Shown: positions 1-13,315 of the stretch, one piece after another
Position numbering within the stretch: the stretch's first letter is position 1
Layout: every line of letters begins with the position of its first letter
NCBI GenBank assembly: GCA_964187785.1
Contig: OZ076409.1
Span: 29,204,001 to 29,264,000 of the forward strand
Length of the DNA stretch: 60,000 bases
Direction: 5' to 3'
DNA from: Amphiscolops sp. MND2022
Taxonomy: Eukaryota
Notes under the pieces: model-generated
The model's input: only the letters and a program-made list of their open reading frames with translations
Database searches by the model: none
Told to the model about the DNA's origin: nothing
Made by a program: the position numbers and the translations under genes

Positions 1-2955
1 TTGAATAAGTTTCGGAAGTCGGTGAAGCAATTACTGCATCTTTGACTTTGCACTTATTTTGTTTCGCAAACATAAAGTAGCTTTAAACTGTGACAATAGG
101 AATCAACTTAGCTGTTCTGATGAAGAGTAGCTTCTGTTGATCTGCTAAACCAATTGATCGATCCCAATCCTTGTGTCCACGATAACTTTCTCAAGCAAAA
201 ATATCGCAACCATATGCAATATAATAAATTGACGTTGGAATTTCGAAACAATATAATATCACTTGTTTAACTCCAAAAAAGCTCTTCAATAGCCAGAGTT
301 AACTGAATTAATTGTATGAGAAACTTCCAAGCTTTCACTTTCTTCAATACTTGAGTAGCAAAGTCGACTGATATGAATCTCTACTTGGTTGCTGTGAGTC
401 TTAGTAGGAGTTAACTCTGGTTACTTTAGCATACAGGAAATACCAAATGGCGGATGTTTGTGGTTAAATTTACCATCGCCATACAAGCGCCTTGATATAT
501 AGAATAAGCAGAAACAAACTATTTAACTGGGCTAGATGTATACACCAAATTATGTAAAAGTATATATAAAAGGCATAAATTTAAGCAAGATTAAGGCATA
601 CATTTACACATGTTATTTGCTGTCAAATACTCAGTGAAGTTGACAAATAGTCCTCGTGGGTCCTAGAGACACCCACGTAGCCCAAATATGGAGTTCATAT
701 TAAGTTAAATACGATAAACAAAGAATAAAGTCCAAATATACACTGACTTTGAAAAAGGAATCCAAAATGGGACGTAAGAGGGGAATTGAAAATTTTTGGC
801 TTCGATTTTCGATTTTATAGTTTAAATCTCTCATTTGGGTCAAAATATGTCGATTGGGCGAAAACTAGCACTCAAATTCAATTCTACACATTTTTACAGC
901 ATTTTAAAACTGGCTAACTCGACTTATTTTTCCTTCAATTTTTCGGAACAAATTTTGAGGCGCCAACATATTCAATTTTAATTTACTGCTTGAATAGCAT
1001 TGCAAATGCGTCTACATTCCACAGGAGGGATGTATTTACCAGGACAGAGAGAATTGAGAAATGTAGTACGATGCATTCGGTTCGCAACAGTAATAGCTTC
1101 TGAAGTTTCACCGCTTGGGGCTGTTGAATTAAAGTTTTTAGACTGACTTTCTTGAAGAAAGTTTTTCACCTTTCTTGCTTGTTTTCAACATTGAGTGAGT
1201 GGCTCCAGATGATTTTGGATCCAGAGTCGCCATTGAGCCGTAGTTTGAGCTGCTAGGCGTGTAAGAGTGTGCTGGGTTTGCATTGGTGTAGGTTAATGAT
1301 TGTTTTTTGGTTGTAGGGTACCGGGTACCGGGTACAGTAACTTTTGGGGGTGAAATCGAATGTAATTTCTTATTGGTCAAAATTAACCATTTGACCCTTT
1401 TGTTGGTATCCTGAGGCAGTCGGTGCATTGTAAACGGTAATTATGGCTGTTGTTGCTAGTAATTTAATGATTTCTGAATCCTTGTTCGAAATAACACATC
1501 GCATTTTTTGTAACAATTTCTTAGAAATATGAGCAAATTTTGTTAAAATGTTGTCAGATTCTTGTTAGAAATTCTCGCAAAATTTGCGTGTCTTGTACAA
1601 ACTTGCAAGATTCTTAAATAAGAAATGCATAAATGGTAAGAATTTAGGTCGAATTTTGCAAAATTTGTGATTTCCGAAAACTAGGGTTATTATGGACTTA
1701 GAAGAGTCTCGAAAGATTCTATCTCTTTCTATCTCTAAGCATTTGACTTTTCCTATTTTCCACTATCAAATGTTTCAAGCGAAACTGTTTTCAGTGACAC
1801 CTGAAACCTACTTTCCAATCGTTTCTTAGTCCAGGGAACTATGGGGCCGGTGAATTTTACAGTCGCTGTCAGACATGGGAAAGATATGTTAGAGCTGGAG
1901 CTAGACCATAAAAATGTCTCAAGTAGCAAATCGGGACCTTCTCTTTGTATTAAAGTCTCCTTACATTTCTGACACAATTAGTTTTAACAATAAGTTTGTT
2001 CAAACCTAAAAGAGTTTCAGACAGCAGGCAATGTTTCTGGAGAAACTTGAATTGAAGCTGCGATCTATGGAGGGTACCGAATAATGCAAAGTTAAGCAAT
2101 CTTTATGAAAAGTTTTAAGAGGTTTCTGGAAAACTCAAAAAAGGAAGTTCATGAATCACTGGCATAGTAACCAAAATCAATCAATTCATAGTTATTGAAT
2201 ATAGTTGTTTGATGAAAATTACTGAACAAAAACTGATAGCAATTGCAATTACAATCACTAAACTACTAAGCAAGCATTTCCACAGTTCACATTTAGGCAT
2301 TTTACATACGGGTTGACTTACCGGGTTTTGCTTTTTCTACTGTAATTAGTGTTAAACAAAAAGGTTACCCATTTTAACCACTGGAACATCGTCATCTTTT
2401 TTTTTCACTATAGACGAGAACCTAAGGAAACAGTTACAAATCAGCTATATATCAGCCGGTTAAACATTGCCTCGTGGCTTGGACGCTGGATTTCATCCAA
2501 AGTTCAAGTATAGAATGGTGTGATTAATGTTTTTCACTCTTATTTATCAAAAAAGTTTAGAGCATAAAATTCTTTTGCTGTAAACTTGAAAATCACTGAA
2601 TTTAAAAATTCGTTCAAGGGTCGAAAATTTCCTAACTTGCTTTGAAGGTCATACTTGATTCAAATTGAAAAATACAATCAAAAACATGAAGCTTTATGAC
2701 AAATAAAAGTGTATGTATCATGTTTGGACTTTAGTTTGATTCATCTTTGTTCAGCTATTCTAGTTTTTAAACTAACATCAATGACTATTTTGCAGTTTTT
2801 GCCAAAAATTACAATCACCAATTGAGTCCACTCAACAAGAGGAATAAGATATTGGGCATCATTGCATCAGCTGAAATGAATTATTAGAAAATGTTATCAG
2901 GTTGAACACGAGAAACTTTGATATCGAGCATTTCTACTATCCTAGTGCATAGAAA

Positions 2956-3095
2956 GATGATTATAAATTTTTCCTGTCTTCCTTGTCTTGGATGATTATA
3001 AACTTTTCCCGTCTTCCTTGTCTTGGATGATTATAAACTTTTCCTGTCTTCCTTGTCTTGGATGATTATAAACTTTTCCTGTCTTCCTTGTCTCG
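2956..3095. repeat. Tandem repeat, 35-bp unit x4
   Basis: GATGATTATAAACTTTTCCTGTCTTCCTTGTCTTG repeated four times with single substitutions; no spacers. Confidence 0.95.
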
Positions 3096-3415
3096 GAAGA
3101 TTCAAGAAACAGCAATGTCCAGAAAATTTCAACTTGAAAACTTTTTAAAAAATTTTTGAATGTTGCTGATTATTCTACAAAAAAACATCGTACGGAACTT
3201 TTTTCGCAGACAGGAGTATGAAACATTAATCACACGATTGCACCATATTGGTCTCGCTATTTGGCGCTTTTTCCACACCCTGGCCTTTTGAAAAGGCGCA
3301 CTTCCCGTGAAAGGAAACGATTCGTGGATCGGGAGTCTCAACAATAAGATGAACTGTATATTCAATGTCTTCATACATTGCGACTTCACTAGAAGTCAAG
3401 AGGTCAGATTTAGAG

Positions 3416-3620
3416 CCCAGTGTTCGAGGCCAAGGTATCCTTGCCAAGATCCATGGCAAGTTCCTTGCTATCCTTGTTAAGATATTGATCTTGCCATGAT
3501 CTTGATAAGCGTTCCATGTATCATGATTTCCCATGATCTTGACAAGGGTAGCATTGTTAACCATGATTTAGCAAGGATAGCCATGATCATGGCAAGCGTT
3601 CCATGGCTTCGAACACTGGG
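3416..3620. mobile_element. MITE with CCC...GGG termini (CACTA/EnSpm-like, non-autonomous)
   Basis: TIR CCCAGTGTTCGAGGCCAAGG / CCATGGCTTCGAACACTGGG (2 mismatches), AG on both flanks, internal CTTG.CAAGAT repeats. Confidence 0.75.
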
Positions 3621-3824
3621 AGGGGTGTTAAATAGAGTGTTCAAAATTATATGAGACCCTGCTTGCAAATTGGTGCACTAGAATAGCAATCGTATCCTGG
3701 ACTCAATGGAGAAGTTCACAAGGTGCGCAGTGGCACTGCGATATTTTCCATGTACTCTTACACGAGGTTGATAGACATCAAACTGAGATTTGCGAACATC
3801 ATTTGCTCAAAATAGGAAATGATG

Positions 3825-4294
3825 CGTGTCCGTTTAAGTTCGCCACTTTTAAGTGCGCCACATATAAGTTAGCCCGTAAATCTTAGCCATATTTAATTTA
3901 GCCACCATATATGTTCGCCACATACAAGTTCGTCACATTTTCGGCCAATCAAATTCGAGCATTCAAAATTACGATAACGTAGTCAGATATGTTCACATAC
4001 CCCTAGTGCCCTAAATGCAGGAGCGAAGCGAAGCGGAGCGACGTGCCATATGGCCATGCCTCAATGTTGCTACTTGGCGAAGGGAGCGAAGCGACCGAGC
4101 CATACAACAAGTATGCTAATCGCCACTAAATATAACCAAATTAAAATAATCGCTGATATGGAATTCTTTCATTAGCTGAAATGTGGCGAAAATAAACGTT
4201 GCGATCTTATATGGTGGCTAACTTAAACGTGGCTAAGTTTTACAGGCTAACTTATACGTGGCGAACTTAAATATGGCGAACTTACAACGGCACC
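3825..4294. mobile_element. Mutator-like foldback MITE
   Basis: 9-bp direct repeat GAAATGATG at 3816-3824 and 4295-4303; arms built from inverted AAGTTCGCCAC repeats. Confidence 0.75.
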
Positions 4295-5059
4295 GAAATG
4301 ATGCTATAGTTTCAACTAAAAGTGTATCCACAGGTCTTAGAACCAGTTCAAACAAGCATATGGAGTTCCGGAATAACAATTTAAAAACCAGACAGGTATT
4401 TTTTGTCCGAACGGTTCCAGCAACGACATATTTTTGAGGCATAATTTCTTTGCAAGATCTTGTAAGGCATGTGTTTTTTGCAATGATCTTGCAAGATCCT
4501 TGCACGGTATGTATTCATTCTCAACCAGGGTAAAAACGTCAAGATGTGGGAAATTTTGTTGTTTTAAACAATTTTGGGTCATTTTGAGGAACATTTCGAA
4601 CAAACACTGCTAATGGTTCTTCAAAAATGAATACTGGATTCCGTCGCTGTTGAAAGTTTACACTAATATAACCCACGAAATCGCTCAAAAAATTGCATAA
4701 AAGCGTCTGAAATGTTTGGATTTTGGGTCATTCTGTGGTTATTTTCAACCTGGAAAAATGCAAACTTTTCCTCTAAAAGGCGTTTTGCATAGCTGGTTTA
4801 TTTGTCTGGAGCCTATAGAATATAACATGGCAAAAAGGGTCGGAAAATATTTTTACGTTTTAAACGCACGCCAACTCCTTTTTAGACCAGGAAACCGTTT
4901 CGGCCACTCGAGCCACTTTCGGTAAATCCGGTATTTATTTCATGCGGAAACTGCTGGCTTTTTTTGAAAGCAAAAAGCTTTGAAACAATGTTTTTATCTA
5001 TAGAAAACTTAGAAAGAATTTCAAAACATATCAGCCGAATATATAAACTTTATCTGTGA

Positions 5060-5381
5060 TACTTAGCGAGATACAGTTTGATTGAAAATGAAAATATTAT
5101 CAAATGAATCCCAAACTAATCAGTTCAAACGACGCCCATAGAACACCGGAATTTTTCCGTCCTAAAGTAGTTCAGCGACAACATAGAAAATAAAAAGAAT
5201 TTCGAATTTATCTATGAGAATTCTCATAGATATATTCGAAATTCTTTTTATTTTCTATGTTGTCGCTGAACTACTTTAGGCCGGAAAAATTCCGGTGTTC
5301 TATGGGCGTCGTTTGAACTGATTAGTTTGGGATTCATTTGATAATATTTTCATTTTCAATCAAACTTTATCTCGCTAAGTA
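5060..5381. repeat. Long spacer-less palindrome (161-bp arms)
   Basis: Centre TCTATGAGAA|TTCTCATAGA at 5220/5221; arms are reverse complements with about 3 mismatches. Confidence 0.95.
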
Positions 5382-6501
5382 GCTACCCGCTTAGTACCCG
5401 CTTAGTACCAGCTTAGTACCCGCTTAGTAGCTACACGCTAAGTAGCATCCTTAAGGAATGCTAAGTAGCTACTAGTTTTTTAGAAATGAAAATCCTAAAA
5501 ATACATCAAAATTGCGTGAAAATGGTTGAAATTTAAATGTTTTAAGAGTATAAGTTTGAAACATCAAAATTTGTCAAAAAATTCGGCTGGGAGATGAATT
5601 TTCTTCTTCCTATGAATTTGGTTGGAATGCTGAAGAACACTAACACTGTTCTTCTTTGTTCTCGAACTCTTTTTTCTTGTCAGACCACTCGAGCCAGAGA
5701 AACACCGTGCCTGCGATGGAACCGACGAATACCAGTGCATACACGAGGTACACGAACACGGCTGCCAGGAATCGCAGCAGGATCAGAATCACAAACGACA
5801 TGCCTTAAACAGAAGCATAATAATATGGACTGAAAAAATATATGTGGCGACATGGAGTTATTACAAAATAGTTTGAGATTGATGGGTTATTGTGTGCTTT
5901 TTCATCTTTGGACCTCGAAAGTAGCTGAAGGTTAGGCGAAGAATAATGAGTCTGAAAGCGAGAGTGCGCTTTCAACTTTTTTTGAAATCTTCGGTGACTT
6001 TTTCTGTTTCTACCAAGCTTCTCAATTGAAATATTGAACAGAAATTTCTTTCATATTTTCTTTCTTGTTGGAATACAAATCTTTCACCGATGGCATGCAT
6101 AGACCTGAGAACGGAACCAGTTTCCAAAGTTTATTCAAAATTGCCAAGTTAGCTGATGCAGATATCAACTTTTTCCAACACTGGTCTGTAATTATTGAAC
6201 TGAATTATTTCGTGATCGACTTTTAGTATACTCTGACAGCACTTATCATTAGAATGGAAAAAAGAATCATCTAACCGACTCCAACCAATGAGATGTAAGT
6301 TATCTCTTTCCATGACCTCTCGACCTCGGAAGCGAATGTCTTGAGGGAGTCTTCACCCAAACTGGAAGTGACCTTGTTGGCCTGGGACATAGCCTCACCC
6401 GCCTTCTTCAGGGCAGATGTGGGGGTACATCGATGCAGAATGGGCTTGCTGGAAACAGAAATCTTAAAACAACCGAAGAACTCATTCAGATGTTCAGATG
6501 T

Positions 6502-7625
6502 TGTCATGCCCGCCAAGCATGAAGGAATTAAACGAACTCTAAAGCATTAATTTATACATCAAACTCCCTAAAATACAGATCATCATGAAAATACATTGCA
6601 GTAATTTATTCCCCGAACAATACAGTTGAAAGTATAACGACTGGAACTAACAGTCATCAATACTAAATTCATTCATGTTATTGTGCATCGTTTAGAAACC
6701 AAGACTGAAATATTCAGTCACCACAAATGATTCCCACAAATAAGACTGAAACAATCAGTCATCAGCTATTGCGATAGTATATCATTTAATCATTCTTCAT
6801 CCATTTTTTATATTACATGTATAGTATTACCAGAATACTCAATCATTCATAACAACAACATTTCATTCATTCATATCAGCAATTTGTACAATGCCTTTTA
6901 GTAATTATCCTCCAAACGATAATTGAATCAGTCACCATGATGATAAGGATACACGGTAGTAAAACCTCAGTTTAAGAGGTAATTGAGACAATTGCGTGCT
7001 AAAATGACTGGTGCTTGCGGTCATACTAGATCAGACATGAATAATTAAACGCCGATTATCACCCGTCACGACTGTAGCCACCAGTCGTCAAGTGCAATTA
7101 AATAGCAATTAGTAAATCGAATGTCATTGGCTAAAAGGAAAGGTGCTAACACACCTTTATAGTTACACAATCGGGTAAAACCGAACTCACTCACAAGTTG
7201 TAACTATTGATATAACCAGTTGCCTACTACCTTGCTTACGAGTTATCAATCCTTATCTTAACATTAAAATATTTCAATTCAACTTAAAACTTCCAGACTT
7301 TTCATGGTAATTACCAGATCTCAAAGTAGTCAAAATAGACAAGTAGAAGCTGAAAATATGGATAGATCAAGCGATAATGAAAGTGAATCCAGTTTCCCTG
7401 AACTCTTATCCAGAGACCAAATTGTAGACCTTGACTCTGACGACGTTTTAACTAGACGTCAAAATGGTAATAATTATAACATTGATCAACGATTTAACGA
7501 GATAAATAGACAGATCGGAGACCTTACCAATATAGTCCTTACATTGACCAATCAGTTTGCCTCCGTTAATGGAGAAGGGAACAGACTAAATCCAGCAACT
7601 ACGAGTACTGACAGTCGTTCCGACA
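6502..7625 (+). repeat. 5' LTR
   Basis: TGTCATGCCC...TTCCGACA, nearly identical to 20145-21268 (about 6 substitutions by eye). Confidence 0.97.
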
Positions 7626-7638
7626 TGGTGACAGGAGT
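7626..7638 (+). promoter_or_regulatory. Primer-binding site, most similar to tRNA-Leu(CAG) 3' end
   Basis: TGGTGACAGGAGT directly after the LTR-terminal CA; the complement of the tRNA-Leu 3' end as I recall it is TGGTGTCAGGAGT (1 mismatch). Confidence 0.7.
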
Positions 7639-8826
7639 CCCGAACCCACGACCATCAGGATCTCGAACAACACCACCCAACGGGACACCAAGGAGTGACG
7701 AAAGTATTCCGCAGATAGCAGATGTGATGACGGAAATCCACCATCTCCGCAGTACAATGGGGGAAACCTTGACCCAACCAAAAATCCTGCAGACCCAAGT
7801 ACCTCTATTCAAGGGAAATCGAGACAAATACAATGAATTCGAGCATTTATTGCTCAACCACTTACGACCACATGCCCACAAACTAACTGAAGAACAAAAA
7901 CTCAACTACTTTCAGAGTCTTCTCAGCGATGACACAATTGAGTTTTGGCAAACCCTGACAATCACAACAGAAACGACACTGAGAGATATACTGACGGCAT
8001 TCAAAAAAGAATACGCAAAGGAAGAACTCTCAGAAGTCTCGAAGTTCAAATTCGACCAGCTACGATACGATCCGGCCACTGAGTCATTCAGTACCTTCCT
8101 CGCCAATTACAAAAAGATTGCCAAACAAGCCTACGGCGAAAAGGCACAGGAAATTGTCCAGAACTTCCTGTTTGCCAAATTACCGATCCAGCTCCAAAAC
8201 GAACTGGCAATTGCAGGAAAACACAATGCCAGCATTGAAGACATCAAAACATTCGTCCAGAGAAGATGCCAATATGCCCAGTTATTACCAAATCAACAAC
8301 TCCTCCAACCGTTCAACCAAGCTATCCAGACACAAGAAGTCCCAAACAAGCCAGTTGTTCAGAAAAGAAACGAAAACGAACGACCAACAATAAAAAAGAA
8401 ATTCGATGGCAATTGCAGATAATGCGCAATTTACGGACACAAATGGGCTGAGTGCCGAAAACGACTGCGTGACGAAGCAGCGGGCAACAACAACTCACAA
8501 GCACAGAAAAAGCCCGAACAGCAAAACAACAACGCAGAAACACAACCAAAATACAATGCCAAACTGGTCTACCAAATTTGCGGATATACAGGTCACTCCG
8601 CAAAAGACTGCCGTTACAGAATACCCCAAACTTCCGCCTACGGAAGCGTGCCATACAAGAGGCAATCCACAAATGAAAACAGGGACTTCCGACGCGACTT
8701 CCGAAGAGCACACAACTACCCTTACCCAGCAAATGAAATGAACGAACTTGCACCAGGGGACCAACAACAGCGAACCAGTGACGACTACTACCAACAGGAA
8801 TTAACCGAAGGATCATCCAGCCAGCC

Positions 8827-8833
8827 AAAAAAC
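8827..8833 (+). promoter_or_regulatory. -1 ribosomal frameshift slippery site A_AAA_AAC (gag to pol)
   Basis: Heptamer is in the correct phase just before the gag stop; pol is in the -1 frame and open across the site. Confidence 0.8.
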
Positions 8834-8874
8834 TTCTGAAGTCACGTCATCCGACTGACTATTACAATAACAAA

Positions 8875-11800
8875 GTGCGCAACATGAACAACTACTACTA
8901 TACAAAGAACTACAAAAACCGGGCAACTGATCTTCGGCAGGATCAGAAACCTAAGACTACAACTACCCACGAAACAACCAATGACAAAGTGAACCCGCCC
9001 TCCGAACCGACGGACGTGAACTTACAAACGACAGAAGACAAACAGCACTCCAACTCGACTACAACGACTGATTGTATAAGGAAAACAATGAACCGAAAGA
9101 AAGACGTGGCGATCCAGGTGTTAACAGCAACACTCCAATTAAACAAAAAGGACAAGATGTTGTACGTCCCATTGCAATTCCGAGAATACGAGAACCACGG
9201 ACTCCTCGACACAGGAGCAATAAGAAGTGCAATGTCAGAGGACGAACTCAGACGAATCCTGTCTGCACACCCAGCCGCACTTCTCGAAGAGTACCCAGTA
9301 CCGGACTTCAAAGTCCAAATCGCAAACGGAAGCATCGTCCCAGTCCGGAAACAGGTACTACTTCGCTTCTTCATCGGAGGTAAAGTATTCGAGGAAACCT
9401 TCATGATTCTTCCAACCATAGGTAACATCTTGATCGGATTGTCATTTTTCAAAAAGTATTCAGTGACACTCGACCTTGCCAACAACGTAGTCAAGTTCCC
9501 GGACATTACCCTGCAACTAAAACCAGAAAGAGGACGATACAAAATCCAGATGATCGAATTACGAACGACACAGAAAACAGTCATTCAACCGGACCACCAA
9601 ATCATTGTCCCCGTCCTATCAGAAAGGGACCTCGGGACAATCCAGGGCACAGTGGAAACCTTTCCTGCCTTTGAAAGGAAGACACAATTACTGGTGTCCC
9701 CCGCCCTAACGCAAATCACTGAGAAGAAAAACCATGTCCATATCACCAACCTCACCTGCCATACAATTACCCTCAACCCGAACACGACAGTGGCCACCTT
9801 CAAAATAATGACTCCCAATCAATCAAAAAACCTACAACCGATGTCAAACGAACAATTCACACTAATAACCAAATACCCGGACGAAGCCAACAACGTACTG
9901 AACCAGCTGTTCCAGGAACCCGGCACTGAAACCAACCGCAGATGGTACCCAACCCCGGAGACATGTGATGACCCGTCCAAGCTGAACCGCCTTGAAAGGC
10001 GGATATATGACGAAATCACTCAACTCCGTGAAGAAGAGAAACTGGACCCAACAGCAGACGACCAACAGCGCAAGGAGTTCCTTGCTTACTTCAAATGGGA
10101 AAACTCAATCCTGAATGAACACGAACAACAACAGACTGAGAACCTCCTTGTGAAGTACAACAATGTATTCGCCAGACACCGCCTCGACATAGGCATCAAT
10201 ACTGACTTCAAAATCAAACTCACTCCGAAGCATGATGAACCAGTCTACGCGCAGAGCTTACCTACACCCACCAACCTCAAAGATGACCTGCTCGTCGAAC
10301 TAGCGCTGATGCAAGAGTACGGGATCATCACGACGTTGCCGTACAGCAAGTATTCCTCACCAATATTTGCTCAGCGCAAACCCAATGGGAAACTTCGCAT
10401 TCTTGTAGACCTGCGCAGAATCAACCACCTCTTGAAAAATGATTACAACCAACATAATCATCCAGTCACCACCATCGCCGACGCGAAGTACCACGCGAAG
10501 ACGCTGGACTGCTCGCAGGCGTACCACTGTTTGCAGATGGCGGATGAACAATCCATACAACTCTTAGCATTTAATTTTGGAAGTCGAACTTTTGCTTATC
10601 TACGACTGGCACAAGGACTCAACCGATCCCTATCAGCATTCAACAGCACGGTACGAGAATACGTTGATGCACTGGTGAAAGCGGATAAATGTGCCCAATA
10701 TGTCGACGACATTGGGATTGCTGCCCACACGGTAGATGAGCTACTGTCAAACATCGAAGCTGTGTTTCAACAAATCCAAAAAGCAGGACTGAAATTGTCG
10801 AAGTCAAAATGTGCGTTTGGCCACCCACAGATCGATTTCCTCGGGAGAAGCATCACATCAAAGGGTGTCGCCCCACTTGAAGACAGGATCGACGAACTCC
10901 TCAAGAAGATCAAATTGCCCACATCAATCAAATCCCTCCAAAGGTACATCGGGTTTGTCCAGTTCTACAGGCAGTACATACCACGCCTAGCAGAAAAACT
11001 CACCCCACTGTACAAACTACTCCAAAAAGACGTCAAATTCTAGTTGACCCAGCAGCACAAGGACATCATCTTTGAGATTAACGAAAATCTTGCCAAAGCT
11101 GCGAAACTTTCGCTGCGTCTGCCGTTACCCGATAAACAGCTTGTTATAATGTGCGACGCCAGCGAGCATGCGACAGGATATGTCCTCCTGATAGAAGACT
11201 ATACCGAAACAAACGATGGACCACTGAAGACGTACGCCCCAGTATCATTTGGATCCCAACGATTCACGGAGGGCCAAATGTCCCTAACAATGTACGCAAA
11301 GGAATTCCTGGCGATGCATTTCGCATTCGACGAATTCGCACACATACTCTGGGGTGCCAAAAAACCAACAATAGTAATGACGGACAATAAAGCACTGACC
11401 CGATTTTTTCAGTCCAAACGGATTCCCCCGAAGCTATGGAGTTACTGCGATCAGACGCTCCAATTCGAATTCGTACTTGCCCATGTTCCGGGAACTGAGA
11501 ACCCTCCTGCAGACTACCTGTCTCGTCTTGACATACGACCAGAGGAAAGAATACACCTCAAACTCAACGACGAGATACCAGTCTTCCACGTCGAGATCGA
11601 CCTGGCATCAAGAACACCCAAGCAGGACGAAGAAGAAGAAGAATACATACCTGATGACCAACACACTACCACCACCAAACAAAATGAAGCCATCAACGCC
11701 ATCCTGGACCAGGTCCCCATGTGCAGCAACGAATCGAGTGGACAGTTTCTCGAGAGGATAGAAACCATCCGTCATCAAATCACACCCATCATCACAGGGC

Positions 11801-13315
11801 AATATGACGAGATGACGTTCACCAGATTCAGACGAAAGCTTCATGACAACGTGGTAAACCAGGTATGCCCAATGGGGAGTTTCAAATCATCCAGGATCAA
11901 GTCGTAAACCTTGACATCCAACGCATGATTAGAGTTTTGAACCAAAAGGAAACCCTTCCTTATCATGTCAACTTTGAAAGCCAGTTTTTCCAAAAACTAG
12001 TTAAATACAAGAAAAATCTTGAAGTAGTGAACAACGTTTTGTACAGGAATTTTTTTGGTGGTACAGGTAAAATCAAGTGTAAACAAGTTGTCACTCCCCC
12101 TGAAACCATTCGAAAAAGCATTCAATCCCTGCACGATGACCCTCTGCAAGGTCACCCTGGTTGTAACAAAATGCTCCAGGAACTGCGTAAAAGGTACTAC
12201 TCACCAAACCTCTCTGAACTGGTACTGCAATACGTCTCGAACTGCCAGGACTGCATCCGCTCAAAACCAATCCGAAAAGCTGCAATCACACCACCACTTC
12301 AACAAATATACGACCCCTGCAACGGGCCAGAAGACATACTAGAAATTGATTTAGTCGGTGAACTCCCACCTTCCAACGGATTCACACACATACTCACTGC
12401 ATGCGACTACTTTTCTAGGTACCTCTTCGCAATACCAATCCGTAAACCGGACACAAAGTCGGTCGTGGAAGCACTCATGCAAATCTTCACGCAGCACTCG
12501 TATGTACCCAAAACAATCTTAACTGACAAGGGAACGACATTCACATCTCAACTGACGTCACTGGAATACTAGATAACATGAACAAAAAATTCCAACAAAC
12601 ACATGACAACATAATCGAAGCCTTTCACAAATACAAGAATTACTACGACCGAAAAGCACAAGCTTCACCTCTGAAAGTAAATGATTTCACCTTTCTGCTA
12701 AACAAAAGACTGTCTCAGCAATCTGACAAAATTCCATTCAAGGAATTCAAGTGAGAAGGCCCATACAAAGTGGTCAAAGTCTTGTCAAATTCAAATTACA
12801 TCATACGTAAGATTGGCACTCTTCGCACCCAATGCGTTCACAGAATGAGGCTTCGCCCATTCACGCCAAACGAACCAATCGAAGACATTCAAGACAATGC
12901 ATCAAAATATTTCGAAGATCCTGACGCCCTCAACGAACAGGAGTTATTTGACAATAACCTACCCGATCATGTCCATGAACAGCCACAACAAGTAATACCT
13001 GAACAATCAAACTTCGAAGAGTTACACGCAGACCATGGAATGATCTACTATGAACGGCAAAACATAGAATCTGATCAAAACATCTCCATACCTGAAAGCC
13101 AAGCTGAAACACAAGAACCACAACCGGATAATGCTAGCATGAACAATTCCGAACACCAAACAAATGACCGCCCTCCAGCGCCATCGCGACACACCATGTC
13201 TCGATACGGGCTCAGACACAACCCAAAACCTACCACGTACCCTGATTTCTTAATGCACGAATTACATGGAACGCCTTCACTGCAACAGTTACTTCTGAAA
13301 AACAGAAACCTGTAA
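8875..13315 (+). pseudogene. pol: Pol polyprotein (protease, RT, RNase H, integrase, GPY/F) with lesions
   Basis: LLDTGA protease; YVDD RT; CDAS RNase H; H-H-C-C zinc module and IDL/TDKG integrase aspartates; GPYKV motif; stop at 11041-11043, frameshift near 11877, deletion near 12550 removing the integrase Glu region, stop near 12752. Confidence 0.93.

Larger units (their letters stand above)
7304..8839 (+). pseudogene. gag: Gag with two CCHC zinc knuckles, interrupted by one in-frame stop
   Basis: ORFs 7304-8422 and 8648-8839 are in the same frame; the stop at 8420-8422 falls inside knuckle CR*CAIYGHKWAEC; second knuckle YQICGYTGHSAKDC has its first Cys replaced by Tyr. Confidence 0.9.

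Noticed and set aside
978..1428. Ser/Thr-rich minus-strand ORFs as a host exon
   Set aside because: No recognisable domain or convincing splice context
2956..3095. 35-bp repeats as a CRISPR array
   Set aside because: No spacers, no cas genes, eukaryotic context
5900..6500. Degenerate non-LTR RT remnant at the insertion site (similar hints at 1-500 and 26200-27140)
   Set aside because: Only faint motif resemblance with many stops; cannot be supported without a search
7304..7625. Absence of LTR-LTR differences in the coding part as proof of selection
   Set aside because: With about 6 differences in total, zero in 322 of 1124 nt is not significant
8420..8422. Programmed readthrough at the gag stop (and at 11041-11043)
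   Set aside because: The stops fall inside a zinc knuckle and the RT-RH connection; point mutation is the simpler explanation
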